Origin: a virus
Taxonomy: Duplodnaviria > Caudoviricetes
DNA: 64,000 bases
Virus record (IMG/VR): IMGVR_UViG_3300021255_004427
Location: 1 to 64,000 of that record
Reading direction: 5' to 3' (one strand)
Notes under the pieces: model-generated
Told to the model about the DNA's origin: nothing
The model's database searches: none
The model's input: only the letters and a program-made list of their open reading frames with translations
Shown here: positions 9,902 through 19,300 of the stretch, in pieces
Numbering within the stretch: the stretch's first letter is position 1
How the letters are laid out: every line of letters starts with the position of its first letter
Made by a program: the position numbers and the translations under genes

Positions 9902-10180
9902 TCAATCCAACTGGTATGCCGTGCCGTACCCATAGAAGACAATATCGAACATACCGTCAAACGGGCTGGGGTCAATACGATAACCTTCCCATGATTCCGT
10001 TATGTTATCCTGGAAAGACTCGGTCTTAAGGTCAAAACCGAAGTATCGTTTTGCGTTGCTGTCGTCGGAATCGATACAGGAGCTCCATTCATTGCCGCCA
10101 TCTTCCTCCTCGGCAATATATCTGATTTTATCAATGCCAATCTCTTTAATCTTCTTGTTAAGCTCTTTTACGTCAAACAT
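9902..10180 (-). CDS. small acidic hypothetical protein
   Basis: AGGAGG RBS before ATG 10180. Confidence 0.65.
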   Translation of the reverse strand: MFDVKELNKKIKEIGIDKIRYIAEEEDGGNEWSSCIDSDDSNAKRYFGFDLKTESFQDNITESWEGYRIDPSPFDGMFDIVFYGYGTAYQLD

Positions 10181-10220
10181 ATTAATTTCCTCCTGTAAAA
10201 ACAAAAAACATATTCAAAAT

Positions 10221-10251
10221 AAACAAGACAACCTATCGCCCGGAGGGCGAT
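10221..10251 (-). promoter_or_regulatory. GNA-triloop hairpin element copy 5
   Basis: AAACAAGACAA-cct-ATCGCCC-GGA-GGGCGAT (spacing +2). Confidence 0.55.
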
Positions 10252-10275
10252 GAGGCATGAGCTAATAGCTCGATG

Positions 10276-10755
10276 TTATGCGGCAATCTTCTCGATGGCA
10301 CAGTCCTTTACCGCACCAGCAATGATACGGCATTTGTTTGCAGGAGAAGATGCAAGATACTCGGCGAGGTCAAACTTGGTGACAACCTTGTACTTGCGCT
10401 TCGATGCCGTAGTAAATACAGCCCCGGCGCTCAGAACAGATTCACTATCCACCTGGGGTTTCATTCCCTCCTCGGCCGAAGGCCCCATTGCCATCTGGGG
10501 CACCTCGACGACATCTGCCTTTACCATGGCCATGGCGACCTGCTGGGGAGTAACGCCCTTAACATTTTGGGCGCGCATTTTCCTTCCGTCTACCCACTCT
10601 GCTTTTAACAGACCAAGTACGTTAGAAGTAATACACCCTCTTATAGCTAAGGGCACTACAAATGCCTCGGAATTAGCTGTGGCATTATGCAGCATTAATG
10701 CACATAATCCAAACAGAGCCTTTCTTTCATGTGCAGTCATTTTATTGAGTAACAT
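10276..10755 (-). CDS. hypothetical protein
   Basis: AAGGAG RBS before ATG 10755; ends KIAA. Confidence 0.7.
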   Translation of the reverse strand: MLLNKMTAHERKALFGLCALMLHNATANSEAFVVPLAIRGCITSNVLGLLKAEWVDGRKMRAQNVKGVTPQQVAMAMVKADVVEVPQMAMGPSAEEGMKPQVDSESVLSAGAVFTTASKRKYKVVTKFDLAEYLASSPANKCRIIAGAVKDCAIEKIAA

Positions 10756-10841
10756 ATTTATACACATCTCCTTTACAGGCAATAAAATAAGCCCCAGCCA
10801 TACAGACTGGAGCTTACATGTTATTTTTAGTTATTCATAAG

Positions 10842-10869
10842 AAACAAGACAATCGTCTGCGGAGCAGAC
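10842..10869 (-). promoter_or_regulatory. GNA-triloop hairpin element copy 6
   Basis: AAACAAGACAA-tc-GTCTGC-GGA-GCAGAC. Confidence 0.6.
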
Positions 10870-10903
10870 AACGGTAGTAACCACATCACAACGGACGCAT
10901 ATT

Positions 10904-11128
10904 TTACGCCGCGTAATCCATGACAATATTGCTATCTATTGTCTTTTTAGCTTCTTCAATAAGAGCCTTTACCCGCTTCAACACAGGAGACTTATACCAT
11001 ACTTCTCCACACTGTGGGCATACTGCTCCAGGAACATTCTTTATAGATATCAGATAACCATTATAATGCGCATAGTATACAGTGAGCTTATCACCATTTA
11101 TGCTGCCGCCGCAAGTTGCACAAGTCAT
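10904..11128 (-). CDS. YgiT/MqsA-type zinc-finger protein (putative antitoxin)
   Basis: CATCGG...IKNVPGAVCPQCGEVWY signature; directly downstream of DUF4258-like gene. Confidence 0.85.
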   Translation of the reverse strand: MTCATCGGSINGDKLTVYYAHYNGYLISIKNVPGAVCPQCGEVWYKSPVLKRVKALIEEAKKTIDSNIVMDYAA

Positions 11129-11129
11129 G

Positions 11130-11453
11130 TTATTTCCTCCTCGTCTTAAAGTCGTCTTCCCATTTGTCGCTACTGGGAATATATGCTGTTATAAGCGATA
11201 TTTCATCATTGTCACCATCTAACCCAACAACCACATGGATAGGGCGCCCATTCATATGTATATAAAACATCAGACATGATGGCAGTGGCGTACTCCATGG
11301 ACGTTCCTCTATAACTTCACCATACAATATGGTTTGTTCTACTTCGTCTATGGTTATATTTCTCTCGTCCAGTCGTTCACTGGCATGGCGAGAAATCCTT
11401 ACGCCATATTGAAGACACAGCTTTCTTATTTTTGATATATTCACAACTCTCAC
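11130..11453 (-). CDS. DUF4258-like protein (putative RelE-fold toxin)
   Basis: SRHASERLDERNIT...GEVIEE...PSCL...RPIHVV...ITAYIPS..W..DFKTRR. Confidence 0.85.
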   Translation of the reverse strand: MRVVNISKIRKLCLQYGVRISRHASERLDERNITIDEVEQTILYGEVIEERPWSTPLPSCLMFYIHMNGRPIHVVVGLDGDNDEISLITAYIPSSDKWEDDFKTRRK

Positions 11454-11461
11454 CTACTCTA

Positions 11462-11490
11462 ATTATAACAGAGAGAAGCAAAGTTCTCAA
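11462..11490 (-). promoter_or_regulatory. sigmaA-type promoter of the TA pair
   Basis: minus strand TTGAGA-17-TATAAT with TG extension. Confidence 0.65.
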
Positions 11491-11493
11491 GAT

Positions 11494-11521
11494 AAACAAG
11501 ACAATGGCCTGCGAAGCAGGC
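11494..11521 (-). promoter_or_regulatory. GNA-triloop hairpin element copy 7
   Basis: AAACAAGACAA-tg-GCCTGC-GAA-GCAGGC. Confidence 0.6.
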
Positions 11522-11850
11522 TCGGAGGAAGACATGGTGTAACCCCATACTCCCTCCTGACCGACTCGATGTGACAGCGAAAAGACGCTCCTTTCCGGCG
11601 GTCATCGCCGGATATCGAAGAAGACAAGTGTATCGAGCCCCTGCCGTATCTGGCGGCCAGGAGCCTGACCAGATGCCGCGCATGAAGCCCGAAGGGCGGC
11701 TTCGGCGAGCGAGCAATGTCTCGAACACACGCCATCTCTTTTTGCCCGAAGACAAGATGCAGACCACACCTTTGTTGGTGCGATACCGTTGCGGGCGGCG
11801 TGGGGCCGAGACGAGCGAAGCGAGCCGAAGGCCTTTCTATATCTTATCTC

Positions 11851-11879
11851 TTGACTTAATCAACTATATATGGTATAAT
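11851..11879 (+). promoter_or_regulatory. strong sigmaA-type promoter
   Basis: TTGACT-17-TATAAT with TG extension. Confidence 0.75.
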
Positions 11880-11911
11880 TAAATTACAATCAAGAGAAAG
11901 AAGGGGTAGTT

Positions 11912-12169
11912 ATGAAACTAACCGATGCGCAGCGCGGTGCAATCACTTCAGCAGTAGCCGACTACATCGAATACTACGTAAATGAAGATACAGATTCGTT
12001 GGACATTAAAGATAGCAAACTATCTTCGTTATCGTGGGGCCAGTTGTACAACGTCCTTTGCTTGATATATAATACTGGTTCTCCCGATCAGACTATCCAG
12101 AATAAGCTGGATAGTAAAGAGTGGGGCGCTCCAGAGGAAGTAATTCAATATATCGAGCTTACTTTATAA
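11912..12169 (+). CDS. 85-aa acidic protein, moron-like (opposite strand, own promoter)
   Basis: AAGGGG RBS, consensus promoter upstream. Confidence 0.7.
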   Translation: MKLTDAQRGAITSAVADYIEYYVNEDTDSLDIKDSKLSSLSWGQLYNVLCLIYNTGSPDQTIQNKLDSKEWGAPEEVIQYIELTL

Positions 12170-12706
12170 TTACCAGCCGCGGCTATTAACATCCCAAACA
12201 GACATCATAACACCCACCAACTCTTCGCGCTCTTCGAAAGCACGAATAATGGTGGCCTCGCTAAAGACACAGGATAATACGGAGTGCATCGCCTCCATAC
12301 CATTCTGTGTCTTTTTACTGTCTGCGTGACCTGGCGCAGCAGGATAGGTTCGTGCGGTTACATAACGCGAATCATTATCTGCAATATCCGAAGACGCATC
12401 CCGATCAAACTTTAAGTTTATCCGCACATATCTTGCAGAGTCATTTGTCATAATTTTAAAATCTGTTCCTTCAAACAAGTCTTCTCTCCAATCAATGTCT
12501 ACTTTCATAAACAACCCGGTTACTGAGCGAAAATACCCCAGCATCCATGCCATAACCACTTCCATATATTTCCCGGCAGGAAAGTCCGTGTTGCTTAGTC
12601 CTTCCAATCTGAAATCGGAAAACATCTTCTTGGACAAGCCGGCCTTAAAAGCCTTTCTTTTAAACACCATTAATTCTTTTGCGTTGTTAATATCTTTCTG
12701 AGTCAT
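12170..12706 (-). CDS. hypothetical protein, possible PD-(D/E)xK-like nuclease fold
   Basis: AGGAGG RBS; D..EGTDF...INLK pattern (weak). Confidence 0.6.
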   Translation of the reverse strand: MTQKDINNAKELMVFKRKAFKAGLSKKMFSDFRLEGLSNTDFPAGKYMEVVMAWMLGYFRSVTGLFMKVDIDWREDLFEGTDFKIMTNDSARYVRINLKFDRDASSDIADNDSRYVTARTYPAAPGHADSKKTQNGMEAMHSVLSCVFSEATIIRAFEEREELVGVMMSVWDVNSRGW

Positions 12707-12775
12707 GTCTCATTCCTCCTATACAAAAAACAAAAAAGACAGACTATTTTGTGCCGTCTGTCAGGGCAAAAAATT

Positions 12776-13063
12776 TTAGGCTATCTTTCCTTCCTGTTCC
12801 CACTGCAGCTTTCTGCGGTCCATATATGCTGAGCGCACGCCCGTTGCCGCTTTCTGCATAGGATGACCGAGCTGGAGATATCTTGTCTGATACTCTTGTC
12901 CGTCTTTGTAACTCTTAAAGCATACATTGGCAAACGTATCGAACCAGAAGCTGCAGGTTTTATTCCCGGCCTCGTCCTCAAAGTAACCTTCACGTTCACC
13001 TGTGAAGGTTACATATCTCTTTACCTGTTGATTTCCAATATGAATAATAGTTTCGAATCTCAT
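12776..13063 (-). CDS. hypothetical protein
   Basis: GGGAGG RBS before ATG 13063. Confidence 0.65.
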   Translation of the reverse strand: MRFETIIHIGNQQVKRYVTFTGEREGYFEDEAGNKTCSFWFDTFANVCFKSYKDGQEYQTRYLQLGHPMQKAATGVRSAYMDRRKLQWEQEGKIA

Positions 13064-13094
13064 GATGTTTTCCTCCCAAATAAAAAGCAAAAAC

Positions 13095-14366
13095 TTATGC
13101 AGCCATATCTTTCCAGTCGAGCTTTGCACACTCGCCATCCAGGATATGTACTCTGTTTTCCGCCCGCGTTACAGCCGTATAGAGCCAGCGGGCATTGGTC
13201 AACTGTTCGTTGCACAGCTTGGATGTGCCGGTGATATATACTTCCTCCCACTGACTGCCCTGACTCTTATGAGCTGTAATAGCATAGCCATAGGTGCAGA
13301 TAGTTACAGTTGGGGAAAGCATCGGGCGCCCACACAAATCCACAAAATCTCTTTTGTAGCCATCACGCCAATAGCGAAGGCCGGCGAGATTCTGTGGTGC
13401 AATGGAAGCGCCATTATAGCTAGGTACAAGAATCAAGTGATGCACCTCACCATCTTCTTCGTACCGATAAAACTCTGCCACGATAGGCAGTGCTTTCTCC
13501 CGATTGGGCACACGGATAAACAGCTTATCCTTACCCAGAAGCTCAATATTTTCAGGCACCTTCATGGTTTCTCCATTACGCAGAAAAGCGCCGTTGGATA
13601 TACCCATAATTGGTTCACCTGCCTGCAGAATCTTTCCGTCAAAGCCAAGTGCTTTGCGGACACCCTGGTTGAAGCGAATACGCGCCTCATTCTTCCAGGT
13701 AACCATGGTGATGTCTTTACCCGCTTTTAGCTTGGCGAGGTAATCATTCCACAGTACCGGCTTACTCTCAACCGATACGTCACCATTGGTAGAGGTCGGA
13801 GAGAATGCCGTCTTTTTCTGGCGCAAAGCTGTTGCCCAATCCAGGATAGCGCTGCCATCACCCTGACGCATTACCTGTGTCAACACAGACTTGTGTTCGT
13901 TATCAAACACGGTGCGACTATATTTACCAACGGGTGGGAGCTGGAACGGGTCTCCCATATAAAGGATCTTGCTTTCCTTCTTGGTGGCAAACTCCTCGAG
14001 ATCGTCCAATAGTTTGTCGGACAACATGGATGCCTCGTCGCAAATGATTAGCAGCCGCTTATCGTCGTCATCTTTAGTGGCGGCCTTCTTAATGAAGTTA
14101 CCGTAACGGTCAACGGTGTACAGGAGCTTATGTACGGTCATGGCTCCTTTGTTCCCCTTGCGGCGCAACACTTCTGCCGCTTTGTTTGTGGGCGCGATAA
14201 ATACCACACGATACTTATCCTTCTTGGCAATACCGGCAATCTCGCCAGCCAAAGTTGTCTTGCCTGTGCCGGCATAGCCCATAAGCGTCCATGCCAGCAC
14301 ATCGCCTTTAATAAGCTGAGCTTCAATATTCTCCAGAGCTTCTTTCTGCTGTTTATTCCATTCCAT
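13095..14366 (-). CDS. RecD/Dda-like SF1B DNA helicase
   Basis: GYAGTGKT, APTNKAA, DEASM, GDPFQLPPV, YAITAHKSQGS, YTAVTRA motifs. Confidence 0.92.
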   Translation of the reverse strand: MEWNKQQKEALENIEAQLIKGDVLAWTLMGYAGTGKTTLAGEIAGIAKKDKYRVVFIAPTNKAAEVLRRKGNKGAMTVHKLLYTVDRYGNFIKKAATKDDDDKRLLIICDEASMLSDKLLDDLEEFATKKESKILYMGDPFQLPPVGKYSRTVFDNEHKSVLTQVMRQGDGSAILDWATALRQKKTAFSPTSTNGDVSVESKPVLWNDYLAKLKAGKDITMVTWKNEARIRFNQGVRKALGFDGKILQAGEPIMGISNGAFLRNGETMKVPENIELLGKDKLFIRVPNREKALPIVAEFYRYEEDGEVHHLILVPSYNGASIAPQNLAGLRYWRDGYKRDFVDLCGRPMLSPTVTICTYGYAITAHKSQGSQWEEVYITGTSKLCNEQLTNARWLYTAVTRAENRVHILDGECAKLDWKDMAA

Positions 14367-14428
14367 TTTGTTTACCTCCTAAATAAAAGCCCCACCACGC
14401 CATTGTGATGGGGCAACAAATAATTAAC

Positions 14429-16297
14429 TTACTCTTCCGTATCTACAACTACAACAATGCCGTCATAGCTTTCAAGATGTTCGGCCACCGGCTTAACACC
14501 AGTAGCTTCTTTTACCATCTTGTCATAGCCCTTTTCGAGCTTTATACGGAGCTCATTGGTGAGCCATTCCGGTACATCGCTGGTATAAATGGTCATCAGC
14601 TTCTTGCTATTAAGCGTCATCTGCATATAGTCCGTGGTTACAACTTTCGTCGTAGCCTTAACTGTATGCGGGCGGAGCTGAATCTGCATACCAACGACGT
14701 CTTTTGTGGACACTTTAGCTGCGCGGGCAGCACAAGTATCGAGCATCGTGCCTTCGCCATCCATCTGGTCATCCTTGTCAAACAGGATGCAGAAAGACTT
14801 GAGCGTAAAGCCCTGGTCAGCACGCATGCCCATACCGCAAGTGTGAGAAGACAGGCGGGTAGCTGCATCAACGAGCATCGTACCCGTTACTTTCTCGCCT
14901 TCACGGATGGCAAATTCACCGTGAGTAGCATTGTAGAAGATTTTGTTAAATTTCTTAACATTCTCTTCCGTGGAAGCATCAAAGAACATCATCGTATCTT
15001 GACGCTTTTGAGAGGTAGAGTAGATATTACATCTATCTGCATCAAGCGTCATAATGATATCTTCGTCCTTAACCCACTCCTTCTCAATTCTTACAAGGTC
15101 GTGCTTCTGCATGCGATATGCAGGCTCATAACCATTCAGAAGGGCATAACAGTCCCGAAGCTCGATAAGAACGGATACACCATCACCATGAACAGGCACA
15201 TATTTTTCCTGTTCAATGTCGTACACGGAACTAATATTCTTGGTGATATAAATCTTGCCACCTTCCTTCAGGCTTTTGATTTTACCCAGAAGATAACGCA
15301 GGCTACGAGCGGCCTTCTCCTGAATTTTCTTGCCGGACGTTTCATCCGCACGAACAAGGTCAGAGAAGTCAACTGTAGCTACTTTATCCGTAGCAAGACG
15401 TTCACCAGAGAACTGATTACGGCCAATAGAATTGCCAAGTACGACACCTTTCTTGGCATACGGAGCCGTAAAGGCCGTTACAGGAGCAGCCGTGATGTCT
15501 ACCAGGCACTGGCAACCAACACCATTATTTGCCTGGATAAACTTAAGGCTCTGCATCTGTACAGTAGCCATGCCTTTATCCGCCTTCTTCATAAGTGTGT
15601 TGCGGACTTTGTTATCCAGCTTGTGGTTGCCATGTTTCAGAATAGAACCAAGCTGAGTACGGAGGCTCGGCTTTTCGGCAGCCTGCAGGACGACAGCACG
15701 ATAACTGCCCTTAACTACCTGTTGGGAGATACCTTTGCGGCCAAGGATTTCGTCCAGTTCGGACAAGTCTTTAATAGCCGTCTTATGAGCCGCAATCTTT
15801 GCAGCATATACTGCGCCGATGCCATTAAGTTTCATAAGCTCAGAGATAACACCGCAATTGATGTTGATTTCTTTCTGCTCAGAAACAACTTCTCCCTTAA
15901 TTACAATGCCGAGCTTTTTACGCTCGACAAGGCTCATAATGCGGTCGCGAGAGATACCGGCTGCAGCCATATCGAGAGGCGTACGGAATTTCTTCGCCTG
16001 TGCATCTTTCCAGTAGCGGCAGATGCGGTTAACCTCACGGTGCGTAAACACAGCGCAGAGAACCATTGGGCTCTGTTCGTTAATGTTAATTAACGGGTGA
16101 TTGGTACGGACATACCAATTGTGGCTAAGAACCTTCATGGATTCCCAGGAGATACCAATATTGGCAAGTGCTTTAAACGTAGTAGCACTTACACCACGTT
16201 CGCTGCAGAACGCAAAGATTTTCTCAGCATCCTTGCGGCAGATACCAGCGACCTCAAGTTCAGAAATGGATGCGAACAGTAAATTTTCTCTAGTCAT
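14429..16297 (-). CDS. ComEA-type HhH domain fused to the N-terminal half of a putative YonO/QDE-1-like RNA polymerase
   Basis: ININ...ELMKLNGIGAVYAAKI (HhH); MDGEGTML and QIQLRPHTVKA match the DGxG and QxR..K motifs of cellular-RdRP/YonO enzymes. Confidence 0.6.
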   Translation of the reverse strand: MTRENLLFASISELEVAGICRKDAEKIFAFCSERGVSATTFKALANIGISWESMKVLSHNWYVRTNHPLININEQSPMVLCAVFTHREVNRICRYWKDAQAKKFRTPLDMAAAGISRDRIMSLVERKKLGIVIKGEVVSEQKEININCGVISELMKLNGIGAVYAAKIAAHKTAIKDLSELDEILGRKGISQQVVKGSYRAVVLQAAEKPSLRTQLGSILKHGNHKLDNKVRNTLMKKADKGMATVQMQSLKFIQANNGVGCQCLVDITAAPVTAFTAPYAKKGVVLGNSIGRNQFSGERLATDKVATVDFSDLVRADETSGKKIQEKAARSLRYLLGKIKSLKEGGKIYITKNISSVYDIEQEKYVPVHGDGVSVLIELRDCYALLNGYEPAYRMQKHDLVRIEKEWVKDEDIIMTLDADRCNIYSTSQKRQDTMMFFDASTEENVKKFNKIFYNATHGEFAIREGEKVTGTMLVDAATRLSSHTCGMGMRADQGFTLKSFCILFDKDDQMDGEGTMLDTCAARAAKVSTKDVVGMQIQLRPHTVKATTKVVTTDYMQMTLNSKKLMTIYTSDVPEWLTNELRIKLEKGYDKMVKEATGVKPVAEHLESYDGIVVVVDTEE

Positions 16298-16390
16298 GAT
16301 AAAATCCTCCTCGGGCTCGACGGCCCTTTTTTCTAAAAAACAAAATATGACAGACTATTTATCAAGCGCCGTCTGTCAGGGCGCAAAAAA

Positions 16391-19300
16391 TCAGAAGAAA
16401 TCAATGTCGATACCGACAGCTTCAGTGCCATCAAAAGTAAGGGCAGTAGTTTCTTCTTTAGAATCTTCCGGCAGAGCATCATATTCTGCATTCTTCTGCT
16501 CAACTTCCGTCAGCACAACAACGGCACGATTGCAATTGCTGTCAGCATAAACAACGGAAACTGCACCGTTCAAACCTTCATAGAAAGAGCGAATAGCGGC
16601 ATCGTAGTTGTACTGATCATGATTCTTGCGAACAAATACATCTACATCCGTATCCACCGTAAGAGCCTGGCTATGAACAGCGGCTTCCTTGTTGTAGTGC
16701 TTACCATCCTTGCTGCCTTTCACATAGAGGCCGGCAAGAACTTCCGTGTTCTCTTTTATGCCAAGGCGGGTATACTTACCATCCTTAACATTTGCAAGAA
16801 GAATACGATGGCCAACCTTGGAAGATATAGCATCAACGATAGCTTTGTTAATGACAACCTGCTCATCGTTAATCATCCACTGTTCTTCTGCGGTTTCACC
16901 ATCCCATTCCGGATTCGGCATCCAAACAGATTTGAGATCAAGCTCAAATGCTACCTGGGTACGATCCACTTCGGGGATGCTGATAAAGTCCGTCATTGGG
17001 CGGACAATTGCCGGGGAGTCATCACGCATAGCAATCTGATACATGCCATCCAGAACATTTAAAGACACATAAAGGTCTTCAATTTTCTTCATTTTGGCTG
17101 TATAGACTTCGCCTTCTTTTACGATAATGTTCTGCCCCTCAGTCAGAGACTCCAGAGCTTCTACATTATTGTAACGAGCATTAATGAACTCCACGGCTTC
17201 ATTATTGTCACTCATCTGAATAGCAGCATAAGCCGTCTCCTCTTTGAGAAGCTTGCTCATATTGCTGCCTGCAGAAGTCGTGATGTCTTCGCCTCCTGCA
17301 AGATAACCAACGAGGTCGTCAGGAGAGACCTTGCTGTTATCACGAGCCACCATCCAACGAATGGTATTGGAGATAGCGTCGAAAGCATCGTCATACTTCT
17401 CGTGCAGAGCTTTGCGGATTGCATCACTCTTAGAGTTGCTGACGTCGCCATACTCATCGGCATTTGCGGCAAGCATTGCTTTGCGGTCTTCACGATAGAC
17501 TGCATTGATTGCGCCACCCATGCTGATTGCTACCTGCAGGCGGTTTTCAATACGCTGGTCTGCAATGTGCATGATAGCTACGTCGTAAGCATTTTCACGA
17601 CGAGCCTTGTACTCTGCAGAATTAACTGCTGCTTTGTAGCGGGCAATTAATTCATTGAGCTTTTCCATGGATTTTCCAATTGCATACCGGCGATAGTTGG
17701 CGAAGAAGTCGTTGAACACAACAACCTTACGATCGTCCTGTCCCTTTCCTTCTGCCGGCCAGAAGAGCTGAACCGGCTCTTCTGCCATTACACCACGGAA
17801 ACCTTCGCGGCTGATTTCATTGCCGTTCATGTCAAGAAGAATAACCTTTTCGTCCTTACGGAGCAGGTCATCTTCCTTGAGTTCGGCTTTAACATCAGCT
17901 TCCGGGTCTTTGCGGAATGTCTCCCAGTTGATAACGAAACGCGCACCAAACTTCAGCGGCGTAACCGTCATCGTTGCCTTGAGAATGGCTACAAAGTCCG
18001 TATAAACCTTATAGAACTTCTTTTCTGCATCGATGGTGCATTCCTGAGTGTGACGGATAAGAACATCGAAGTCTTTAATGATTTCGAGCAGCGTATTCCA
18101 CTGCTCTTCTACCGTGCCTTCAAAGCGAGTCATATGAACCGCTTTCTCAAATGCATGATAGGCATCAAGAGTTTCGCCGTTCTCATAAGTCTTTGGAGCC
18201 GTGCTTGCGGTTTCGCGGCCATAAGCATCTTCGCCCCAAGTAAGCGGGGTGTGATACTTGCCGTCGCCAGCGTCAGCTTCCGTACCTGCTTCCCATACCG
18301 TAGAGAAGCAGGAGATATAAAGTGCTTTTACCTCATCACTCCAATCGATAGCACAAAGCCCCTGAGTAAGGACACGGCCAGCGTTAGTCACTGGCCCTAC
18401 TTTTTCGTTATGATTTTGATTAATCATATGAAAGTTTGTGGAGTACATACCTCCATCGATCTCATAACGCTCTCCTTTTTCCTCCGGCTTTGTCGGCACA
18501 ATATCAACAGCCAGCGGTTTAAAACCGTAGTTGTTGAGGAACCAGGGGATATCCTTCTGACCTGCACGATGCAGGATCACAGAGGTCTTATCCCCATCAC
18601 GGTCAGAACCGGCCAGCACACTGCCGATAGCTGCCAGGTCAGCAGGCATCTCGATAATACCTTCCTTGATATTGGCATACTGTTCAGCAGCGCAGATGGC
18701 TTCCTCTTCCGTGAGATAGCCACGCTCAACGAGGTTCATCAGAGCATCGTTGATTTCCTCGTCGTCCATAAAATGGACAAGTATGGTTTCGCGGGTGCCA
18801 ACAGACGGATACTTCATGAGCGCACCGTAACGATCTTCTCTGGCGGCATTGATACCGTCAAAGAAGCGAGTAGCACGAGGATCGACAACATTCATGATGT
18901 TGCCATTGATACCCGTAACGCCAACTTTCAGTGCTTCTTCAACACCGAAACGGCTCTTAATGAGCTCATACACCGGGTCAATCGAAATCATGCTCGTGTG
19001 GCCGTCAAGATGATAACGGTCGAGCTGAACATGATTGGAGAGCGTGCGGGCGATGTCGTTCGCAGCTCCTTTGATGAGCTGCGGCCACACATTAAGCGCA
19101 CCGCTGTTCATGCCCATAAGCAAGGAAGAAGTATAACTAGCGTCAACTTCTTCAAAACCATGATAACCATCGCGGCAACGACCATCGAGGTCAGACACCT
19201 CGTTAATCGTATGGTCAATAGCGGTTTTGATGACTTCATCCAGGTCGCTAAGCACCTGTTCTGTATCGGCGCCATTTTTAATAGCGTCGTTTGCATTGCG

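Noticed and set aside
6298-11521. CRISPR or attC-cassette interpretation of the repeated elements
   Set aside because: Spacing is irregular (0.4-1.9 kb), the conserved part is only 11 nt, there are no attC R boxes, and no cas or integrase gene is in the window
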